A program made the translations under genes and the position numbers. This document shows, one piece after another, positions 10,001-19,072 of a stretch of DNA of 64,000 bases. Location of the stretch: positions 16,763-80,762 of the IMG/VR virus record IMGVR_UViG_3300032323_001070; one strand, given 5' to 3'. Position 1 is the stretch's first letter; each line of letters starts with the position of its first letter. The notes below the pieces were generated by a model. That model saw only the letters and a list, made by a program, of their open reading frames with translations. It searched no databases and had not been told where the DNA came from. The DNA comes from a virus.

Positions 10001-13000
10001 AACGCAACAACTATCGTTCTAAACGATGCTACAGGACTTGCCACTGGCGACACGCTGAGAATCACCACTTTCGGAACTACTAACCCTGTTAGAGGTGTTA
10101 ATGGTCCAATCCAATGGAATGACACCAGTGGTTCATGGGGTACTAAGACTGTTGAAAACAACGAACTGTTGTTGATCACTAACTTAGTTGGTGCAACACT
10201 AACAGTTACACGTGGACACAGAAATACCACTGCGCTTCCAATCTTAGCCAACACCTATATACAGAAAGAATTTGCTTCTTTCCAATTGTTTGCCACAGAG
10301 CAGACATTGCCAAGAGCATTGAACAGCGTAGTAGGTACTACATCAACCAACTTATACCTAGCTACTGCACACGGTCTAAGAACAGGCGATACATTGTACT
10401 GGCAGTCAGGGGCATCAGGTAACCCAGCATATGTAACTAACTTCCCTTACTATGCAGTGGTCGCAGATGCCAACAACTTCGGTGTTGCTGATACACTAAC
10501 ACTGTCTCAAGCTGCTGTGTTACACGACGTAAACGCAACCACTGCCACTAGCTGGACACAATTTTACAGTTCGATTCCATTAACAGGCCTAGGTTCAAGT
10601 CCTTTGGGCAGTCATGTGCTTGAAGACACTTCTGCAACTGGAACTATCGACGGTGGCTATACCGCAACAGCAGTATCAGCAAATACTCTACAGTTCCAAA
10701 CTGCATCACAGATTCCTAATAGAACTTTCACATTCTATCCTGAAGATTCGTTGGATCTATTAACAGGCGAATTCTTTATTAGAAATCACGGATTTACCAC
10801 AGGAACCAAAGTTACCTACTCAAGAAATGCACTGACATTTGCGATAGGTGATGGATCAGGCAATCCTGTAGCTGGATATAACAGATTAGTCAATAACACA
10901 GAATATTTTGTTATTAGAACTAGTTTAAATAGCTTCAAATTAGCAACTTCTAGAGCTAACGCATTTGCTGGTACAGCTATTCTGCGTTATTCAAGTGCTG
11001 GTACTAGCGGTGGACACACTCTGTCAACAGCACAGGTCAGTGGTGAAAGTTTACAAGCTGGTCTAGCAACTATTATTGCACGTGATATCGTGTTTAACGG
11101 TTCTGACAATAACATAGTTGTTGCAGGTGCAGATAGAATTATCGCAACTGGACATGGTTTTAGATCAGGCGACCGAGTAATTTATCAAGTATGGGGTGGT
11201 GGCAGACAGGTTAACGGTCTAGTTAACGGACGTCAGTACTTTATTTCTAACTCTGTGTTTACTGGTGCACCATCAGGTGGTGCTGCCGCAGGTCAAACTG
11301 CTAACCAGTTCTCGCTACACAACACATGGGTGGGTGCTTATACTAACACTGACCGTGCTGACATTTTAGGTGTTGGTACTGGTCGAGTTCACCAGTTCAA
11401 AGTTACTAACCCAACAATGTTCGGAACAACATTCAGAGGCGAATGGTCCACAGCTGACAGCTACAGAGCGGGTGATGTTGTACTGTTTAGAAACAGCTAT
11501 TACATGTCCTTAACTGGTTCAGACTTTGCCACAGGTACTTTGGTTTTCAACTCAGGAAGACAGCCAGCAGCAGAAAGCGGAGCGATCGAAACAAACTGGA
11601 TGCCTTGCCCAGTGTTACCAGCATACGGCACAACATTCTTGACACAGTATAGAGGTGGTTCAAGAGTACGTCTAAGCAACACTGTAACTAGAGTAACTAG
11701 ATTCTTTGATGCAGGTTCTGCTTCGCGTGTTATTGTAGCTGACGATAGAATTAGCTTTGCACAGGCTCACGGTTTATTCAGTGGTCAAGCAGTGATCTAC
11801 AGAATGGATGCTAGGGGCGGATTCCACGGAGGTACTGGTGGTACTGCATCACCTTATAGAGGAACAGGCGGCTGGGCTCCACAGACAGCTATCGGCGGCC
11901 TAACTGTTAATAGAATCTATTATGTAAACTTCTTAAGCACTACTGATATCACATTACATACAAGTCCTCCACTAGCTGTTCGCGGTGGATCTGGCGACTC
12001 TGGTAGCTTTGACTTTGCAGTTGAATTGTCTGCTGTAGGCCAAGGCGAATTCCATAGATTTGAAGTAGTTAACAACGTTGTCTATGACCTGGAAGTATTG
12101 GCAGTTACTAACAATGCTGAAATGATTGTTACAGACCCATATCCATCACGTTCGATCACATTCAATCCGCAAGAAACCAACGTTCACGTAAGTGGTCTAG
12201 GTATGCAGGTTGTTGATATTGTTAACAACGTGATCTATATTCCAAATCACGGATTAGACACTGGTGTTAAGGTTTACTACTCTGCAGGCGTTATTGGTTC
12301 AGGTACAGCGATAGGCGGTCTAACAGACGGTACTGCTTATTTCATAATTAACTTAACTCCTGATCATATTAGATTAGCTTCTAACATCGTTAACGCTTAT
12401 ACAGGAGTAGAGATTGACCTTACTAACACAGGTACTGGTATTCTGCACTATCTAATCGCAGCTACAACATCTGGTTCTTCATGGATCAGATACAACGGTA
12501 CAGGTGATATCAACACTGATACAACTGGTTTGATCACAAACTCTAGCCCATATTCATCACAGGTTGTTGGTAATATCAGAGACGGTGTATTGATTGGTCT
12601 GCCAATGATTGGGGTAACAGAAGTATATCCAAGACCAGATTGTACAAACGTACACAGACCATTCGATGGCGGTGTTGAAATCAACGCAAGTCGTACACCT
12701 GGTGTAAGTATTGTTCGTCAAACACGTAAGTACTTCCGTTATCAATCTGGTAAGGGTCTACAGTACTCAACTGGTATTAACTTCAGTCCAAGCATTGAAG
12801 TCAGCAGAATCGTACACGACGGTACAGCATGGGCAACAGTAACTACACGTAAGCCACATAAACTAGTGGCCGGCAATAAGATTTTTGTTCGTGATGTTGG
12901 ATTTACCACAGAGTACGAAGCTGACAAGTGTGAAAGAGATCTAGCTTATATCATTGAAGGCGGTGCATATGACGTTGCTCTAGGCACAAACTATAATGCG

Positions 13001-15139
13001 ATATTCTTAGGAATCGCTGAAGTTAACTCTTTAGAAATTTCTCAGCGTGTGATCAACAACATCACTCTAAGCAAGCAAGAAGTATCACAAATTACTGCGG
13101 TTTCCAGCGATGGCACAGCACTAAGCAGATCTAACGCATTCTACGATGAAGTGTTAGATATTGTACAGAATGGTAGAGCTGCTGCAAATGCAGTTAGCTA
13201 TACCAACCCAAGTACAGCAACAGTGAGCCAGATCGCTGCCAAAGACAAACTAGTAGCCAACAAGGCATTTATTGCTGCTGAAGTTAATGCTTGGGTAGCT
13301 GTTAACTATCCAAACTCACAGCACGATGTGGCAAAATGTACTCGTGACGTAGGTTACCTAATCGATGCAGTGGGCTACGACGTATTATACGGTGGTAACT
13401 CTGCAACTTATGATGTAGCAAGATTCTTCTTCTACGTATATGAAAGCAAGAAACCAGGTACCAGTGCTCTACACAGAGCGCAGACAGTGGCAGCATATCA
13501 AAGAATTTCTGCTATTATCGATGATATCGTTCAAGGCAATTCGATCGTTAAATCTGTAGGTAACGCATTATTCCAGACAACTTCTGGTAACAATGCAAAC
13601 TCAGGAGACGCTGCGGTTGTTGTTAGTTTAGTTGACATCGTTGTTAACTCTATCGACGAAGTATCACAAGAAGCTGGTCAAGCTGCGCTACCTGCTAAGG
13701 TTTATCCTTCGATTACATGGGCCGCAGCAGGTATACAGGCTGCTAAGAATGCGATCGATTCTGCCAGAAATACTATCATCCAGGATATTGTACGTGGTCT
13801 ATACTACACAACACCTGAAAGCGGAAACTACTTCTTAGTAGATGCTACAAACTTAACTGATTTTAGCTTCCGCTACAGAACTACAGCAGTTCCTGCAGAC
13901 CTAACACCAACAGGATATATCAGCCTTTTCGTTGAGTCTTGGACAGATGCTGCGGTACGTGCTGGTATGTTCGATGATCAAAACGGTCTATTCTACGAAT
14001 ATGATGGTTCAACATTGTTTGCGGTAAGAAGAAATTCTACCAAACAGCTTGGTGGTACAGTTACAGTTACTAAAAACTCTAACACAGTTACTGGTTTGAA
14101 TACTAACTTCCAGAAACAATTAGACCAAAATGACTTTATCGTTATCCGCGGTCAAAGCTATAAAGTTACAAAGATTACTAGCGATACTGTTATCGAAATT
14201 ACTCCTTCATATCGCGGCACAACAAGATCTAAGGTTATTGTTACTAAGACTGAAGAAGTTCGTTATGCACAGCACGAATGGAGTATTGATGTCTGCGACG
14301 GAACAGGCCCAACAGGCTTTAATCTAGATATCAATAAGATGCAGATGGCCTACATCGACTTTAGCTGGTACGGTGCTGGTAAAGTACGCTACGGCTTCAA
14401 AGGTACAGATGGTAAAGTTATCTATGTACACGAAATTAGACATAATAACAGAGAGATCGAAGCTTACATGAGATCTGGTAACTTGCCAGCAAGATACGAG
14501 GTTGTAAACGGTACAGCTCCGAGTTACGCTCCTAGCTTGTACCACTGGGGTGCTTCTGTGATCATGGACGGTGTGTTTGAAGATGACAAAGCATACTTGT
14601 TCACAGTTGCGTCTGGTTCTGGTGGTTCAGACACTATTACTATTCCAACAGCACTAGCAGGTATTCCTGTACCAGTTCTGTCTATTAGACTAGCACCTTC
14701 CGTTGACAGCAGTATTGTTGGCGCACTAGGTGAACGTGATTTGATCAACAGAATGAGTATTACATTGAAACAGGTTGGATTGGTTGTTACACAGACCACC
14801 AGACCAGCTTCTGTAAGATTGATTCTAAACGGAAACTTAGCGCAGGCTGCATACTTCAGTAATTATGGTGCTCCTTCGTTAACACAGCTGATCAAGCATA
14901 CAGGTCAATCAACTGATAGTATCACAGGCGGCACTACAATTTATGAATTCCGTGCTGCGGCTAACAGTCCAGTTACAGCTGAACTAGAAGCATTGGCTGA
15001 AATTGGTAATTCGATCTTAGGCGGTGACTATGTATTCCCGAATGGTCCAGATATCTTAACAGTGGCTGTGGTAACAACTGATACTACAACTGCTTCACAG
15101 ATTACTGCACGTATTACATGGTCTGAATCACAGGCTTAA
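7043..15139 (+). CDS. giant (2698 aa) virion structural protein, baseplate wedge/fibre-like
   Basis: Repeated HGxxTGxxVxY modules, T/G/S-rich, TLIDTDFEYG and YFRYQSGKG motifs of the kind seen in T4-like cyanophage structural proteins. Confidence 0.75.
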   Translation: MAKALAFNYTFNPAADSVTIDGNISIKRVLLITNVTDNIVIQNFADPAKKILSRSYDQDADETTFVLQYDCASMSASDNLQIFYETDTIRFQPDETFIDPVSKMRVSQPNTLIDTDFEYGLQATKWETLERLNQVPAFHSVTGDTPLTNILDVTVSGTNIVSVTTSSPHGLTVGFPIDVRGVDSPTAEGTFIVKRTGDTTFTYEARAVQAGTATAPVSILTSYVNITPGRFYVGSQIPLDDSVSNTTGPIVTNAASPSTLTVKTNYTHGMAVSSTYYLVNTLSNSNTSFSALSVSAGGDVEDRSAISLSTGNFSMYEPFHDGTRRFDISDSAVDTINETLTIPNHGMLTGDMIAYVGVSSGGASPQVASVVGGSYPISAGNLPAWAAGTGADGKMLYVVKINNNTIRLATNPRDAYNQTNLIGFTGTGSGTLTFAHFIRGTDVEEYISTITAASGSSELVVTLVSGFTNDMLKIVPEQQFTIAESAVSGLNGVYYVKTSGWDKDASTFTIIGPTNSSAALAAQGASQTYTMVDTGGNNTTSFDRYNFLLNTGMRIIVHNGPTINHMRVSMHDWKSTTAKFFTREAIQSDQIFIKNHGLTVGQPLMLILGGNTLSGGTATDTTVYFTNVINNDTIQIMTTETGSAGATGPYSPTVGVTAATFGTLTAATSLAGGIYSLHPGFQIANFTAQGTSGGNGTGRDRAIGKFTTGPGYLYEGVPIVIKTAAGATQPAPLTATVDTYTAYQKYYVRTVLSADNRLEFSLGLQESAGPLIDFSGATTVGSGFFGFRIDENIYANSFYLKNHGGLTTTQTVGTTGSQGTYPAGIGFPGPLFDRIVDPGTGYDGLPRVRTTLTQATPIAGLTTATVYNMVPITNDIWKVMAWSDTALPTGQPTVQFTNIASRTSTVVFANSAVVNLNANRIVIPSQRLGQLTENSVVRYRAQGNLNIPSSYTGWPGLIDNNQYIVRNVVSSAFFEVGLFTTQSYAANATTIVLNDATGLATGDTLRITTFGTTNPVRGVNGPIQWNDTSGSWGTKTVENNELLLITNLVGATLTVTRGHRNTTALPILANTYIQKEFASFQLFATEQTLPRALNSVVGTTSTNLYLATAHGLRTGDTLYWQSGASGNPAYVTNFPYYAVVADANNFGVADTLTLSQAAVLHDVNATTATSWTQFYSSIPLTGLGSSPLGSHVLEDTSATGTIDGGYTATAVSANTLQFQTASQIPNRTFTFYPEDSLDLLTGEFFIRNHGFTTGTKVTYSRNALTFAIGDGSGNPVAGYNRLVNNTEYFVIRTSLNSFKLATSRANAFAGTAILRYSSAGTSGGHTLSTAQVSGESLQAGLATIIARDIVFNGSDNNIVVAGADRIIATGHGFRSGDRVIYQVWGGGRQVNGLVNGRQYFISNSVFTGAPSGGAAAGQTANQFSLHNTWVGAYTNTDRADILGVGTGRVHQFKVTNPTMFGTTFRGEWSTADSYRAGDVVLFRNSYYMSLTGSDFATGTLVFNSGRQPAAESGAIETNWMPCPVLPAYGTTFLTQYRGGSRVRLSNTVTRVTRFFDAGSASRVIVADDRISFAQAHGLFSGQAVIYRMDARGGFHGGTGGTASPYRGTGGWAPQTAIGGLTVNRIYYVNFLSTTDITLHTSPPLAVRGGSGDSGSFDFAVELSAVGQGEFHRFEVVNNVVYDLEVLAVTNNAEMIVTDPYPSRSITFNPQETNVHVSGLGMQVVDIVNNVIYIPNHGLDTGVKVYYSAGVIGSGTAIGGLTDGTAYFIINLTPDHIRLASNIVNAYTGVEIDLTNTGTGILHYLIAATTSGSSWIRYNGTGDINTDTTGLITNSSPYSSQVVGNIRDGVLIGLPMIGVTEVYPRPDCTNVHRPFDGGVEINASRTPGVSIVRQTRKYFRYQSGKGLQYSTGINFSPSIEVSRIVHDGTAWATVTTRKPHKLVAGNKIFVRDVGFTTEYEADKCERDLAYIIEGGAYDVALGTNYNAIFLGIAEVNSLEISQRVINNITLSKQEVSQITAVSSDGTALSRSNAFYDEVLDIVQNGRAAANAVSYTNPSTATVSQIAAKDKLVANKAFIAAEVNAWVAVNYPNSQHDVAKCTRDVGYLIDAVGYDVLYGGNSATYDVARFFFYVYESKKPGTSALHRAQTVAAYQRISAIIDDIVQGNSIVKSVGNALFQTTSGNNANSGDAAVVVSLVDIVVNSIDEVSQEAGQAALPAKVYPSITWAAAGIQAAKNAIDSARNTIIQDIVRGLYYTTPESGNYFLVDATNLTDFSFRYRTTAVPADLTPTGYISLFVESWTDAAVRAGMFDDQNGLFYEYDGSTLFAVRRNSTKQLGGTVTVTKNSNTVTGLNTNFQKQLDQNDFIVIRGQSYKVTKITSDTVIEITPSYRGTTRSKVIVTKTEEVRYAQHEWSIDVCDGTGPTGFNLDINKMQMAYIDFSWYGAGKVRYGFKGTDGKVIYVHEIRHNNREIEAYMRSGNLPARYEVVNGTAPSYAPSLYHWGASVIMDGVFEDDKAYLFTVASGSGGSDTITIPTALAGIPVPVLSIRLAPSVDSSIVGALGERDLINRMSITLKQVGLVVTQTTRPASVRLILNGNLAQAAYFSNYGAPSLTQLIKHTGQSTDSITGGTTIYEFRAAANSPVTAELEALAEIGNSILGGDYVFPNGPDILTVAVVTTDTTTASQITARITWSESQA

Positions 15140-15154
15140 TGTGAAAAGGAAAGG

Positions 15155-15194
15155 AAGCAGTAGGACAATTAACTTTGTTCTACTGCTTTTTTTT
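15155..15194 (+). terminator. rho-independent terminator
   Basis: AAGCAGTAGGACAA/TTGTTCTACTGCTT stem followed by a T-run. Confidence 0.85.
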
Positions 15195-15208
15195 AAAGGA
15201 TTTAATAG

Positions 15209-16177
15209 ATGGCAAAGCCAACCTCAACTACTTTAACTAGAAATCTTCGTATTCTCCCTACTGCTGGTGTAGATACGAGAACTGGTCAATTTGGAGAAAT
15301 TGGCTACGATAGAACAACCAGTACATTGGTAGTATACGATGGTCAAACTCCTGGAGGATTTCCATTACTTAAAGCTGACCTAAGTAATCTCGAAGGTTCA
15401 GTCATCGATGTTAAAGGTTCAATATTCGGAGACGATTCTACTTTATTGGTAGATGCTGTAAGAAGTAAAATAGTTGGCCCAGTTGAAACTACTACAGTTT
15501 TAGCTAGCAGCGGCTTTACCGGTAACCTAACAGGTAATGTTCTTGGTAATGTCACGGGTAATGTTCTCGGTAATGTCACAGGTAATGTAAGCGGCAATGC
15601 TGGAACTATAACAAGTCAGGCTAATTCAGCAACTATTACAGCTTCGAGCACAAACACTGCTAACCAGATAGTGTTGCGTGACAGCAGTGGAAATTTCAGT
15701 GCCGGTACTATTACAGCCAACATATCAGGAAATGTTACCGGTAATGTCACAGGTAATGTAAGCGGCAATGCTGGAACAGTGACAAATGGAATTTATACTA
15801 ATCAGACGTATACTGATCCTTCATGGTTAACTATAAATCTCAGCAAGATCACTTTTACAACAGGTCCAAGCATAACATATCAAGGAACTGGAACAAATCT
15901 AGGAGTTAGATCAACAACAACTAATCTAAATTTTGGATCAGCACCAATATCATCAAAAACATTTACAGTAGCAGATGTCAACGCTACTACCACTAGCAAA
16001 ATTGCAGTATACGCACACCCTACTACAGACAACGGAGCTCTAGGAGGAGATGAATTTGAAATGGATCCTATACATATCAGCGCAGTATGTCTGACAAATG
16101 GATCTATAACATTTTATGCGAATGCTGGTCAAGGTCCAGTGAAAGGATCGAGAAATTTTCATTACGTAGTAATATAA
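15209..16177 (+). CDS. tail fibre-like protein with GNVT repeats
   Basis: GEIGYD..LVVYDGQTPGG N-terminal module and GNVxGNVT repeats. Confidence 0.7.
   Translation: MAKPTSTTLTRNLRILPTAGVDTRTGQFGEIGYDRTTSTLVVYDGQTPGGFPLLKADLSNLEGSVIDVKGSIFGDDSTLLVDAVRSKIVGPVETTTVLASSGFTGNLTGNVLGNVTGNVLGNVTGNVSGNAGTITSQANSATITASSTNTANQIVLRDSSGNFSAGTITANISGNVTGNVTGNVSGNAGTVTNGIYTNQTYTDPSWLTINLSKITFTTGPSITYQGTGTNLGVRSTTTNLNFGSAPISSKTFTVADVNATTTSKIAVYAHPTTDNGALGGDEFEMDPIHISAVCLTNGSITFYANAGQGPVKGSRNFHYVVI
15568..15777 (+). repeat. exact 39-nt direct repeat (15568-15606 and 15739-15777)
   Basis: CGGTAATGTCACAGGTAATGTAAGCGGCAATGCTGGAAC occurs twice, 171 nt apart and in frame. Confidence 0.85.
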
Positions 16178-16180
16178 ATA
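16173..16180 (+). promoter_or_regulatory. late promoter TATAAATA
   Basis: Full T4 gp55 consensus. Confidence 0.75.
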
Positions 16181-16200
16181 TAGTATAGAGGAATTAAAAA

Positions 16201-16872
16201 ATGGCAATCATTCAATCAGGTGCATCAAGCGATTTATTAACAGTTGACTCCGGCTTCAAGGCTGCAAGAGTCAGTGTTCTTCCGCCGAACGCTACAGGAT
16301 ATTTTCAACTAGGTGCATTCACAGGCTCACTTTCCGGAACCGGCGTGGCTGCAAACTCACCAGTATTCAGTATGCGATGGGCACCAGCAACTGGCAGGAT
16401 CGCAGTTATTAGACGTATAGGTATAGGCTTTGTTCAAACCGTAGGTTGGACTGCAGGTGCAGCACACGAATATTCATTGTTCGTTGCTAGAGGTTGGACA
16501 GCTAGTGATTCAGGCGGTACAGCGGTTACTGTAGCGGCTAACTCTAATAAAATGAGAACCAGTGGAGATCCTAGCGGTTTCAATACTCCGTCAGATATTA
16601 GGGTGGCAACAACTTCAACATATACTGCCGGTACAAGAACATTAGATACCAATCCTGTCGCAACTACTATATTTTCCGCAAGCCAGGTAGCTGTGGCTTC
16701 TGCAATATATCCTCAACAGTATAATTTAATACATGATGTTAACACTGGTGATCATCCTATCATTTTAGATAATAATGAAGGACTTGTGATCAATAATGTA
16801 ACAGTATTTCCTGCAGCAGGAAATGCAAGAATGTTTTTCAACATCGAATGGTTTGAAACAACAGCATATTGA
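16201..16872 (+). CDS. putative virion protein
   Basis: 223 aa, late promoter and SD GAGG, beta-rich. Confidence 0.65.
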   Translation: MAIIQSGASSDLLTVDSGFKAARVSVLPPNATGYFQLGAFTGSLSGTGVAANSPVFSMRWAPATGRIAVIRRIGIGFVQTVGWTAGAAHEYSLFVARGWTASDSGGTAVTVAANSNKMRTSGDPSGFNTPSDIRVATTSTYTAGTRTLDTNPVATTIFSASQVAVASAIYPQQYNLIHDVNTGDHPIILDNNEGLVINNVTVFPAAGNARMFFNIEWFETTAY

Positions 16873-16889
16873 TACTGTTAACATTCAAC

Positions 16890-16917
16890 AAAAAGCCGAC
16901 TCTAAGTCGGCTTTTTT
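16890..16917. terminator. bidirectional terminator
   Basis: AAAAAGCCGACT-CTA-AGTCGGCTTTTTT between convergent genes. Confidence 0.85.
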
Positions 16918-16918
16918 A

Positions 16919-17170
16919 TTACACTAAGTTTGAATGTAGATATTTTCTATAAGAAGCTATATTGGATCTAACAGTGGCAACTTGATCTGGAATATGTCTA
17001 TTGAAAATAACTTCTTCGTGCAGATTTTCAATCTTATAAACTTCGTTGGTCAGCTTTAACAGAACATCTGTCATATCCTGTTTGAGTTTCCCCTCGGGAA
17101 GATTATTGATTTTTTCTAAGAACATATTTCGTTCTCTTAGAAAATTTTCGTTACTGGGCAGATCTCTCAT
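16919..17170 (-). CDS. hypothetical protein
   Basis: 83-aa helical ORF ending at the terminator. Confidence 0.6.
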   Translation of the reverse strand: MRDLPSNENFLRERNMFLEKINNLPEGKLKQDMTDVLLKLTNEVYKIENLHEEVIFNRHIPDQVATVRSNIASYRKYLHSNLV

Positions 17171-17540
17171 TTTCTAATAGTAGTATTGTATTGATTTTTG
17201 TCTGTATGATCTGATTATTTAAAGTATTCTTTAAACCAGTGTGCATACTCTTAGGCAAGTTTTCAAAAGTACACCATGCTAGAGTTTCGACCGCAGTGGT
17301 TAAAAACTCATCGTTAACTAAACAAACATATGTGCCGTATTCAAAACCTCGGTCTTCGGAAAGATACAGCTCAATAGGGATAATTTTTCCCCTACTGAAA
17401 TCATCTAACAAAGGAGCAGCATCGTCCAACAATGACGATTTTCTTGGAAAAGTGGGAACAGTCCATTTTTGATCTTCGAGGACCAAAAGTATACGTTCTG
17501 TTTTTTTAGATAAGAATAATAATCCTGCTCGCTGTTGCAT
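17151..17540 (-). CDS. NUDIX-fold-like protein lacking the Nudix box
   Basis: AGLLFLSK..RILLVL..W, then Y.TYVCLV..EF and AW..F..LPK.MH.GL. Start reassigned to MQQRAG, 5 nt after TAAGTA. Confidence 0.5.
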   Translation of the reverse strand: MQQRAGLLFLSKKTERILLVLEDQKWTVPTFPRKSSLLDDAAPLLDDFSRGKIIPIELYLSEDRGFEYGTYVCLVNDEFLTTAVETLAWCTFENLPKSMHTGLKNTLNNQIIQTKINTILLLENERSAQ

Positions 17541-17551
17541 GAAAATACTTA

Positions 17552-19072
17552 TCAAGCATTCAGATCAAAGGTCCAATAACCTGGAGCATATTCTCCTTCA
17601 AAGGACTTGAGCCATTGCTCTCCGTCCCATTTATATTGGATGCCTGTTCTTAAGTTAGTAAAGTACTGAGGCGCTTCTGCGGCATATGGATCGAAAGACG
17701 TTATCCAAGTAGAGCCAGTCCATTCAACAATGGTATTGGCTTTGATAACAGGATCGTCACCGTTGAGATTTTTCCAAGCATCGGGTCCATCATAGGCATT
17801 AGCTGACGAATCGTTGGAAACCCACTTTCTAGAATCTAAAAATTGACCAACATTCTTGCTGTTATTAACGTCGTCTAACATCAAATAGCGTGTGCCTACA
17901 GGAATATTAGCGAAACTACCAAAGTTTCTAATAGGATTAAATTTATAAGGATCTATGATAGCAGTGACCGCAGGAATAGTATTTGATGGAATAGTGTCCG
18001 GATCGATATTGACTGTTATATATGTAGGATCTATTTCATTGATTTCAAAGCTTCCTATAACCTCATACCCGTTAGGCTGTTTAAACCTAACTAAACTAGT
18101 AGAAGAATAGTTTCCTATCTTTTCAAAAACGATATTCCAATCTATTCTCGGACCAGTTTTCAATGGAGGATCTAATTTCAGTGCTTTAACAACTTCGGTG
18201 GTATCTACTATTGATAGGTCGTAACCTTGTCCCGAAGGATTCTTTAATAATAGAACACCATAACCTGTGCTCCAAATACCAAGATTTACTTTACCGCCAA
18301 TTTTATTTGGCACGGGCGAATTAAATTGACTTCCTACATTGCCCATGTCATTGTAAATTAGATCATCTAAGGATTTTACTGTTCCCTGATCTGTAAAGAT
18401 ATTCATAACCAATGATTTTACAATACCAAGTCGTTTAACCTTAGCAGGAGGAGTGATCCATATAGGAGTTTCAAATTCTATAGAACAGATATCTATATCA
18501 GATTCGGGACCTGCAGGAATAGTTCTTGAACTGAACTGTATATTTTTAATATCTAGAACGCTAAGACTGGTCCAATCAATATAGTTGTCTGTGGTCTGTA
18601 TTTCTAAACTAGGATTAAACAGAACTAATATCTGTTCTAATAATTGTAATTTTTGATCAGTATTTGAAGTCCATATATCTGCTTTCATGCTGAGCTTATA
18701 AGGCGTAGGCATTAATCTTTCAACAGTATATGTTCCGCCTTGATTTTGTTGATACACAGGATTTCCCTGAGCATCAAATTCGGAATAGTCTCTTTCGAAC
18801 ACATTGACCTTGCTGATAAATTGAGCATCGCTGAGTCTACTGGTATCCATCTCTAAGCCTGTGATATAGCAGGCAATGCGAGGTACAGTAGGCATTTTGT
18901 TTTCGCTGTTCTCTTTGATTAACGCAGCAACCTGTCTGGTTAGATCTCCGTACATCACGGGTACATGTCGCTCTTCGGGAGTCTCACCGCCTGTTTTATA
19001 TTTGAAGCCTATGAATACACGCATGAATTGTGTAACATATCTTCTTACCTGCCCGTCATAAAAATGATCCAT
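17552..19072 (-). CDS. gp15: tail sheath stabiliser/terminator, gp15-like
   Basis: FYDGQVRRY..VPVMYGD..PRI..MPTPY.L..Q.LEQILVLFNP motifs. Confidence 0.75.
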   Translation of the reverse strand: MDHFYDGQVRRYVTQFMRVFIGFKYKTGGETPEERHVPVMYGDLTRQVAALIKENSENKMPTVPRIACYITGLEMDTSRLSDAQFISKVNVFERDYSEFDAQGNPVYQQNQGGTYTVERLMPTPYKLSMKADIWTSNTDQKLQLLEQILVLFNPSLEIQTTDNYIDWTSLSVLDIKNIQFSSRTIPAGPESDIDICSIEFETPIWITPPAKVKRLGIVKSLVMNIFTDQGTVKSLDDLIYNDMGNVGSQFNSPVPNKIGGKVNLGIWSTGYGVLLLKNPSGQGYDLSIVDTTEVVKALKLDPPLKTGPRIDWNIVFEKIGNYSSTSLVRFKQPNGYEVIGSFEINEIDPTYITVNIDPDTIPSNTIPAVTAIIDPYKFNPIRNFGSFANIPVGTRYLMLDDVNNSKNVGQFLDSRKWVSNDSSANAYDGPDAWKNLNGDDPVIKANTIVEWTGSTWITSFDPYAAEAPQYFTNLRTGIQYKWDGEQWLKSFEGEYAPGYWTFDLNA

